This document shows, one piece after another, positions 58,254 through 64,000 of a stretch of 64,000 nucleotides of DNA (within the stretch, counting starts at the first letter, position 1; every line of letters begins with the position of its first letter). Source of the stretch: a virus (taxonomy: Duplodnaviria > Heunggongvirae > Uroviricota > Caudoviricetes); IMG/VR virus record IMGVR_UViG_3300043425_000840; one strand, given 5' to 3'. Below the pieces are notes generated by a model that worked only from the letters and a program-made list of their open reading frames with translations, searched no databases and was not told the origin of the DNA. A program made the position numbers and the translations under genes.

Positions 58254-58435
58254 AAAATTATATTAAAAGATTAAATTGGTCCGGATTTGTTCTTGTGTTA
58301 GCATTAACAGGTGCGGCATCATTTTCAAGAGACCAAGACCCATCACTACTCGTAAGTTTTTATGTATGGATGATATTAGGGTTGCCAATTTCTTTATTGG
58401 TTCTTTTTATCGGGATTAAACCAAAAGATAAATAA
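58250..58435 (+). CDS. small membrane protein
   Basis: Two TM segments. Confidence 0.4.
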   Translation: MKNYIKRLNWSGFVLVLALTGAASFSRDQDPSLLVSFYVWMILGLPISLLVLFIGIKPKDK

Positions 58436-58555
58436 GTTATGAAAAAAGAAAAAACATATTTTGATGGCATTATGGTAGGATTTACAATAACCGCTGTAAT
58501 TTTTTCAATCTTATTAGGTATTGTGATTACGATGTTAACACAATAATAAAAATAT

Positions 58556-58653
58556 AGTCAGGTGGCGGAATTGGTAACGATTACGTTAATGGACGTTAGG
58601 CAGAGTCGCTCTTGGTAAGCCCTATCCTACAGGTTCGAATCCTGTCCTGACTA
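58556..58653 (+). tRNA. tRNA-like gene (~98 nt, long-variable-arm size class); anticodon not assignable by eye
   Basis: Perfect 7-bp acceptor stem (agtcagg/cctgact), U8, canonical T-arm 'acagg TTCGAAT cctgt', and a D-loop 'aattggtaa' resembling type-II (Leu/Ser/Tyr) tRNAs. A clean D-stem and 5-bp anticodon stem could not be drawn: the best anticodon arm has 1 mismatch and an 8-nt loop. Confidence 0.5.
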
Positions 58654-58669
58654 CAAAAACAAATAATAT

Positions 58670-59002
58670 ATGAACAAAGAATTTATACCATACGAACAAG
58701 CATTAGAACTTAAAGAATTAGGTTTTAATGAAGAATGCTTTGGATTTTATACATTGGAAGGTTGCTACTTTCCAAATACAACTGAACTAAATTCACTTAG
58801 TTATGCTTGTGCTTCACCACTCTACCAACAAGCATTTAGATGGTTTAGGGAGAAGTATGATTTGTTTATAAGCATAACTCATTATGAAAATGGTTATTCT
58901 ATAAATGATTTAAGAAGATTTGATACATACGAAGAAGTAGAGAATGCTTGTATAGATAAACTTATAGAACTTGCTAAACAACAAGACAATGGGAATATCT
59001 GA
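58670..59002 (+). CDS. hypothetical protein (110 aa)
   Basis: ORF immediately downstream of the tRNA. Confidence 0.45.
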   Translation: MNKEFIPYEQALELKELGFNEECFGFYTLEGCYFPNTTELNSLSYACASPLYQQAFRWFREKYDLFISITHYENGYSINDLRRFDTYEEVENACIDKLIELAKQQDNGNI

Positions 59003-59333
59003 CTTCATTGAGGAACTAAACCATACGGACGAATACATTCACCACATATATTCCAAGGGTGGATGTTATAAGTTTCATTTGCTCCTATCCAAGATGTATA
59101 AAGGGTGTATTCCTTATACAAATGGGAATCATATCATCACCAGATACAAAGGTAAGTACTATGACATATATGGTGAGGTGGATAATCAAGATGGTTTCAG
59201 GAAACTAAAACCCGAGGAAGTTCCAATGGTATCCAAATGGAGTTTCCATATGAATAATCTATTGGTTCTTAAGGATTGTCCCCATTGTGATGAACCTATT
59301 ATAATAAAGAATCTAACAGATGAGACAGTTTAA
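58971..59333 (+). CDS. hypothetical protein (120 aa)
   Basis: ORF. Confidence 0.45.
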   Translation: MLNNKTMGISDFIEELNHTDEYIHHIYSKGGCYKFHLLLSKMYKGCIPYTNGNHIITRYKGKYYDIYGEVDNQDGFRKLKPEEVPMVSKWSFHMNNLLVLKDCPHCDEPIIIKNLTDETV

Positions 59334-59553
59334 GTTCTTTCAAAAGGAGATAAAGAATGAATCATATACTCTTTATTATATGAGGGATAATATTCCATTG
59401 GATATTGTTGAGTGTGGGGAAATTGGGACATATAGGGAAGGATTCGATGCGGGGGTTGGTAATAATAGGAATTGTCCATACACGGATGAACTAAGGTCGG
59501 AGATATGGAATAGAGGATATTATACAGGAAACTATGCAAATACATTAAGATGA
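59320..59553 (+). CDS. small protein with N-terminal FKFF motif (77 aa)
   Basis: Starts 'MRQFKFFQKEIKNE'. Confidence 0.45.
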   Translation: MRQFKFFQKEIKNESYTLYYMRDNIPLDIVECGEIGTYREGFDAGVGNNRNCPYTDELRSEIWNRGYYTGNYANTLR

Positions 59554-59981
59554 AAGAATTTAAGTTCTTAAGAAAGAATGACCATTATGTTCTAAGTCTT
59601 CCGTTAATAAGAAGAATGGCGGGTAGAACTGTCTATAATGAATTATTTGATGTAGTTCCGGCAGTACCGAGAACAAGGGAATGTGCGGTAATAGCATCAT
59701 CCATACAGGATTTCAATTATTGGAGAAATGGAACGTTTGATAGGAGTCACGCTTTTATTGTAACCAATAGAGATTTCCTACATACCAATGGAGTTAGTGG
59801 TATTCCCACAAGATACAGAGCAATAACACGGATTGATGATTGTTATGGACTCACCTTTGATGATTATATAACAACGGATAGAATTGAGGATATATTATTG
59901 AGTGGTTATGAAGATACCATAGACTATATTAGACAATTGATTGTTGAAGTTAACTTACATACAAGAGATGAAGACATTTAA
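59550..59981 (+). CDS. protein with N-terminal FKFL motif (143 aa)
   Basis: Starts 'MKEFKFLRKNDHY'; adjacent to the preceding FKFF protein. Confidence 0.5.
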   Translation: MKEFKFLRKNDHYVLSLPLIRRMAGRTVYNELFDVVPAVPRTRECAVIASSIQDFNYWRNGTFDRSHAFIVTNRDFLHTNGVSGIPTRYRAITRIDDCYGLTFDDYITTDRIEDILLSGYEDTIDYIRQLIVEVNLHTRDEDI

Positions 59982-60038
59982 GTTTTTATATGACAAACTC
60001 GGAAGTAAAAATGGTCCAAACTCGGAAGTTATAATATT

Positions 60039-60764
60039 TTGTTAACAGATTCCCGTATCCATTCAGGATATTTATTGGGAATGAAGATACAAGCATTATT
60101 CATCTCAGATGTTCATCTGGGTTCAAAAGGTTCCAATGCGGAACAAGTCCTAACAATTTTAAAACAATACCAACCTGAGTATCTATTTCTTGTTGGGGAT
60201 ATAATTGACGGATGGTTATTAAAGAGGAAATTCCGTTGGCCCCAATCACATACCAATGTATTGAGGAAGATATTATCTCATTCAAAGAATGGGACAAAGG
60301 TTATATACATACCGGGGAATCACGACCAGTTTCTAAGGGAGTACGGGGAATTCTCTTTTGGAAATGTGGAGATTCACAATGAATATGTATGGAACAATAC
60401 GTTTATAACCCACGGGGATTTATATGATGGTGTTGTTAAGTTAAAGTGGTTGGGCGTTCTTGGTTCCGTTGGATATGATATGGCGATATCGATTGATAGG
60501 TCATTAAAGAAGATGGGATTTAAGCGTTCGTTATCCAAATTCCTTAAGAATAAGGTAAAGGAGGCGGTTAAGTTTATCACACAATATGAGGTGGAACTAA
60601 CAAGACAGGCAAAGAAACATCACTGTTCAACGGTTATCTCGGGTCACATTCATCATCCTGAGGATAGAATGGTTGATGGGATAAGGTATCTGAACTGCGG
60701 GGATTGGATTGAAAATAATAGTTACATCATATATAACAACAATGAATATACGGTCATTAAGTAG
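60039..60764 (+). CDS. metallophosphoesterase (LpxH/UDP-2,3-diacylglucosamine-hydrolase-like calcineurin fold)
   Basis: 'LFISDVHLG', 'LFLVGDIIDGW', 'YIPGNHDQF', 'FITHGDLYDG', 'VISGHIHHPED'. Confidence 0.7.
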   Translation: MLTDSRIHSGYLLGMKIQALFISDVHLGSKGSNAEQVLTILKQYQPEYLFLVGDIIDGWLLKRKFRWPQSHTNVLRKILSHSKNGTKVIYIPGNHDQFLREYGEFSFGNVEIHNEYVWNNTFITHGDLYDGVVKLKWLGVLGSVGYDMAISIDRSLKKMGFKRSLSKFLKNKVKEAVKFITQYEVELTRQAKKHHCSTVISGHIHHPEDRMVDGIRYLNCGDWIENNSYIIYNNNEYTVIK

Positions 60765-61458
60765 GAAACTAACAATTGTAATCCCATCCAAGAATGAGGG
60801 AAGAACCTTATATGACTGTATATATAATATTTCCAAACAAAACCACATTTCGGGGGTAAGAGTAATCATAGCAGATATATCAGATGAAGAAGAATCTTTA
60901 CAGTATATAGAAAGATTGCAATCAGACTTCAAACATATATTAAAGATTACGGTAATAGAAGGTGGATATCCAAGTACAGGAAGATTAAACGGTAGTAAAT
61001 TGGTAATAACCCCATATATGTTATTCTTGGACTCAGATGTATTCTTAACCAATCCAAGTATATTGGAAGAATGTATGGGGTATAAGAAGGATTTGATTAC
61101 CGTTCCGTTCTATACGGACTATCCATATAGATGGACGTTCAGAGTATTCGATACGTTCCAATCTCTATCCACTTATATGGGGACACCTTTCGCGGTGGGA
61201 GGATTTCAATTATGGAAGACCCATACGTATTGGAACCTCGGGGGATATAACCCCAATGAACTTTTTGCTGAGGATTATTCCATATCACAGAAGGTAAACC
61301 CAAAGGAATTTAAGATACATAAGATAAAGGGAACCTACACATCACCCAGACGTTTTAAGAACAAGGGTATTTTATGGATGTTTTATATAATGATTAAGTC
61401 CTATCTTAACAGAAACAATCCAGAATTTTTCAGAAAATCACACGGTTATTGGGACTAA
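60742..61458 (+). CDS. glycosyltransferase family 2-like protein (start uncertain; track start 60709)
   Basis: 'LTIVIPSKNEGRTLYDCIYNIS', 'RVIIADISDEEES', 'LFLDSDVFL' (DxD). Confidence 0.55.
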   Translation: MNIRSLSRKLTIVIPSKNEGRTLYDCIYNISKQNHISGVRVIIADISDEEESLQYIERLQSDFKHILKITVIEGGYPSTGRLNGSKLVITPYMLFLDSDVFLTNPSILEECMGYKKDLITVPFYTDYPYRWTFRVFDTFQSLSTYMGTPFAVGGFQLWKTHTYWNLGGYNPNELFAEDYSISQKVNPKEFKIHKIKGTYTSPRRFKNKGILWMFYIMIKSYLNRNNPEFFRKSHGYWD

Positions 61459-61527
61459 ACCCGGTTCCGGCGGGGGGAGGATTGAATATTATTTGGAATA
61501 TACAAGAATATATCATATCTTTACCGT

Positions 61528-61788
61528 ATGAAAACAAACAAAGAAGTATTGGAGTATCTGAAACCCTATACGGAGATGAAGGGAGTTTACCTTAACACAT
61601 TGGTAGTTGTTCATCCCAATATAATGGAGTATATGTGGGTTTATATTGATATAAAGTCGTCTTGGAAGGGAATCGGGGGGACTGACACTAGACATCAAAC
61701 TATCAAACAGTATCTAAAGAAGAATGGGTTTAGATATGATGAAAGGGGTTTATGTTATTTTAGACCTGTACATAAGAAGTATTGGTAG
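61528..61788 (+). CDS. hypothetical protein (86 aa)
   Basis: ORF. Confidence 0.4.
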   Translation: MKTNKEVLEYLKPYTEMKGVYLNTLVVVHPNIMEYMWVYIDIKSSWKGIGGTDTRHQTIKQYLKKNGFRYDERGLCYFRPVHKKYW

Positions 61789-61803
61789 TATAATTTAATA
61801 AGA

Positions 61804-63099
61804 ATGAAAGGTAAAAGAGCTGAGTATTATAAATTATTTTCTGAAGGAAAGAAAAGGTGTACAGTATGTAATCTAATTAAAGATTTATCTAATTTCTACA
61901 ATAGACCATTTGATAAAAGATATCAAAGTAAGTGTAATGAATGTATGGTGGGTTATAGGTTAAAATTTAAACCTCCCACCGAGGAATACTTACTAAAATT
62001 GGAATTACATAAACAACAACTGAAAAAATGTCCGGGGTGTGATATAATTAAACCCTATAATGACTACAGTAAATTAAAATCTAATTTCGGAGGAATTCAA
62101 TCTTATTGTAAAGAATGTAAAAGTAAAATAGATAAGAGGTATAGGGATGACCCTAAATTCAGGGAACAACTATTAAATAAAAAATCTGAGTATTATCATA
62201 GAATTAAGAATACGGATAAATTTAAGGAACATTACAAAAATAGGATAAGAGACTATAAAAAAGAATTGGAAGCTGTTAAATCTTGTGAGTATCGAAGAGT
62301 AAAAGATTCCCTAAGAAAGTTAACCAATTCAGCGTTTAAGAGAAAACACAGGGAATGGATTAAAAAGGATACTAAAACTGAGAAGTTATTAGGTGTAGAT
62401 TTCTTTACGGTAAAGGAGTTTATTGAGAGACAATTTTTAAGTGGGATGAATTGGGATAACTATGGAACGGTTTGGAACCTTGACCACGTTATTCCATTGG
62501 ATGCTGCAGGAGAAGATGTTGAAATGATTAATAGATTATGTTACTACCAAAACCTATCTCCGACCTGGGTAGAACAGAATGGAAGTAAAGGATATAAGAT
62601 ACCCGATATTTGTACACTGTGGGCAAATCCGATTGTACCCTATATGGAAAAGGATATAGTAATTGTCCCGAGATATAACGGTATAATTGGTAGGTATAAA
62701 TTACAAATCGAACCGGGTACTCGATATAACAAACTAACGGTAATTTCGGAGTCGGAACCTAAAGTTTTAAAATCAGGTATTGAGAAAAGGACAATGAAAT
62801 GTAAATGTGATTGTGGGACTGTAAAGGACATATCGTTAAATTCTTTAAGAATGGGTAATGCAACATCTTGCGGGTGTGAACAAAAAATAAAATCATCTTT
62901 GTTTAACTCAACAAAGAAAAAGACAATATTCTCTAATGAAGAATTGATAGAACTAAAGGAAATTGTAAAGAATATTCCAAAACGAACTGCTCCCCCAAAA
63001 GAACTATTAGAAAGATATAAAGGAAGAACTTATGTACAATTATTAAGGGTAATTAGAGACATAAGAAATAACACAATGAAAAGGTTAAATTACATATGA
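61804..63099 (+). CDS. HNH homing-endonuclease-like protein with N-terminal Cys-rich zinc-finger repeats
   Basis: 'WNLDHVIPLDAAGEDVEMINRLCYYQNLSPTWVEQN' (HNH core). Repeated CxxC pairs (CTVCN...CNEC, CPGCD...CKEC) and C-terminal 'CKCDCG...CGCE'. Confidence 0.65.
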   Translation: MKGKRAEYYKLFSEGKKRCTVCNLIKDLSNFYNRPFDKRYQSKCNECMVGYRLKFKPPTEEYLLKLELHKQQLKKCPGCDIIKPYNDYSKLKSNFGGIQSYCKECKSKIDKRYRDDPKFREQLLNKKSEYYHRIKNTDKFKEHYKNRIRDYKKELEAVKSCEYRRVKDSLRKLTNSAFKRKHREWIKKDTKTEKLLGVDFFTVKEFIERQFLSGMNWDNYGTVWNLDHVIPLDAAGEDVEMINRLCYYQNLSPTWVEQNGSKGYKIPDICTLWANPIVPYMEKDIVIVPRYNGIIGRYKLQIEPGTRYNKLTVISESEPKVLKSGIEKRTMKCKCDCGTVKDISLNSLRMGNATSCGCEQKIKSSLFNSTKKKTIFSNEELIELKEIVKNIPKRTAPPKELLERYKGRTYVQLLRVIRDIRNNTMKRLNYI

Positions 63100-63542
63100 A
63101 TATTATTAAATGTTTTGAATGTGATTCGGTGGAGAATATACATAATCACCACGTAGTTCCTAAAGTAAAAGGGGGAACTAAGACTATTCCATTATGTGAG
63201 GTTTGTCACGGAAAGGTTCACGGAAGGGATTTTACAAATCATAAGAGACTTACTAAGGAAGGATTAAAACGTGCAAAGGATAGAGGAGTTATATTGGGTT
63301 CCCCTGAAAATCTCACAAAAGAAGCTAAGAAAAAAAGTCTTGAGTCTATAAAGAGGAATAGATTAGAGAATGAGAATTGGAAGATATGTAAGGAATTTAT
63401 CGATGACTTTATTAAGAGTAATGGTAAAGTTCACTATAGTAAAATTAGTAATTTACTGAATGAACAAGGATATAGAACTAGAAGAGGTTGTCTATATAAA
63501 CCCGGTAGTGTACAAAGGATACATTTAAATTTTCCCCGTTAA
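63096..63542 (+). CDS. HNH endonuclease
   Basis: 'CFECDSVENIHNHHVVPKVKGGTKTIPLCEVCHGKVHG'. Confidence 0.7.
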   Translation: MNIIKCFECDSVENIHNHHVVPKVKGGTKTIPLCEVCHGKVHGRDFTNHKRLTKEGLKRAKDRGVILGSPENLTKEAKKKSLESIKRNRLENENWKICKEFIDDFIKSNGKVHYSKISNLLNEQGYRTRRGCLYKPGSVQRIHLNFPR

Positions 63543-64000
63543 GGGAGGTCCCGAAAGGGACCGACCAATTATGTCAGGTTCTAGAATTTTACTAGAAAAT
63601 ACCCCTAAAATACCAGACATTCTGTCATACATTTTATCGTAATATATTTTTATATTGATATATAGGTATTACACCCTAAAATTCCCCCTCGTAATACAGA
63701 GAAACCAGTTTTGGGGATAAAGTGGGGAAAAGTGGTAATATGTGGGGGATTGTCCTGTCCGCGAATCACGACCCGTTTTTTATTTTTTTATAAAGGTCAT
63801 ACATTTATATCCACAATTTGTACACATACATATACACATATATGTCGTCATACACTCCTTTGTCGTGACGTAGTACGTCAGTTTCCTGTCGGGACCGACC
63901 GTAGGGAGGTCCCATACTTTGTTTAATGTTTCGGGGGTTTAGTTAAACAGAATTAAACAATGTCATACGGCTAATTCAGTCATACACTCCTTTGTCGTGA
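63542..64000. repeat. GC-rich non-coding region with paired hairpin motifs, a 7-1-7 palindrome and a 22-bp direct repeat
   Basis: 'agggaggtccc gaaa gggaccgacc' (63542-63568) and the same two 10-11-mers in swapped order at 63890-63913. Palindrome 'tgacgta g tacgtca' at 63866-63880. Direct repeat 'gtcatacactcctttgtcgtga' at 63847-63868 and 63979-64000. Local GC is far above the window average. Confidence 0.5.

Noticed and set aside
58556-58653. Assigning an amino-acid identity or anticodon to the tRNA-like gene
   Set aside because: No 5-bp stem with a 7-nt loop could be drawn, so any anticodon call (a TAA/Leu reading of 'ttaatgg', for example) would be a guess.
60627-61052. 141-aa minus-strand ORF
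   Set aside because: It overlaps two well-supported + strand genes (the metallophosphoesterase and GT2) that have clear motifs. It is an antisense artefact.
63711-63926. 71-aa ORF within the GC-rich repeat region
   Set aside because: It lies on repeats and hairpins, has a Cys/Arg/His-rich composition typical of translated GC-rich non-coding DNA, and has no coding neighbours in frame.
1-64000. CRISPR arrays, integrase/att sites, terminase/portal/capsid genes
   Set aside because: I looked for short direct repeats with spacers, tyrosine- or serine-recombinase motifs and large terminase Walker motifs. None were recognisable. The only repeat clusters are the tail-fiber coding repeats and the GC-rich terminal region.

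Overview
The window reads as a 64 kb piece of a tailed bacteriophage genome, AT-rich by eye (roughly one-third GC) and very gene-dense. Almost all genes are on the + strand, start and stop codons often overlap (ATGA), and Shine-Dalgarno sequences are essentially absent. No terminase, portal, capsid or integrase gene is recognisable, so the window covers tail-fiber, auxiliary-metabolic and early/middle-type regions.

Features I can support from the sequence:
- A 1129-aa tail fiber (5248-8637) with Ser/Thr-rich internal tandem repeats and a C-terminal S74 intramolecular-chaperone domain, followed by three small tandem paralogues (8630-9984).
- A minus-strand glycan-synthesis island (10866-17304): three GT2-like and two GT4-like glycosyltransferases plus an NAD-dependent epimerase/dehydratase. 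A dTDP-4-dehydrorhamnose 3,5-epimerase (RmlC-like) gene (40282-40821) and another GT2 (60742-61458) lie elsewhere.
- An operon immediately upstream of the tail fiber (599-5193): SGNH hydrolase, P4H-type 2OG-Fe(II) oxygenase, a sulfotransferase-like protein, two unknowns and a second SGNH hydrolase.
- An expanded SGNH/GDSL-like family of 8 paralogues, including a tandem quartet at 47958-50746; several have Cys in place of the nucleophile Ser.
- A 3-member sulfotransferase-like paralogue family (1980, 20425, 37556).
- Nucleotide and DNA functions: thymidylate synthase homologue with two large insertions, Dcm-type C5-cytosine methyltransferase, a DPPF-motif DNA methyltransferase, DEDD 3'-5' exonuclease, HAD-like nucleotidase, DnaA domain-IV-like HTH protein, two HNH endonucleases.
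- A T4-like RNA repair module (40835-43709): Pnk-like P-loop kinase, metallophosphoesterase and Rnl1-family RNA ligase.
- A pyruvoyl-type decarboxylase homologue (AdoMetDC-like), a 2-cluster ferredoxin, an SPFH protein, an M23 peptidase with a peptidoglycan-binding domain, and an NlpC/P60 peptidase.
- One tRNA-like gene with a non-canonical core.

The observation I rate highest as new is a recurrent N-terminal M-x(1-2)-FKF[FL] motif that opens seven otherwise unrelated small proteins. Second is the sulfation/glycosylation/esterase gene set, including the operon directly upstream of the S/T-rich tail fiber. Other things worth a second look are a PcfJ-like paralogue pair upstream of the Dcm methyltransferase, a GC-rich repeat/hairpin region at the window end, and one perfect sigma70-consensus promoter alongside several Bacteroidetes-type TAnnTTTG -7 motifs. 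The -7 motifs and the lack of SD sequences suggest a Bacteroidetes (Flavobacteriia-like) host; that is inference only.
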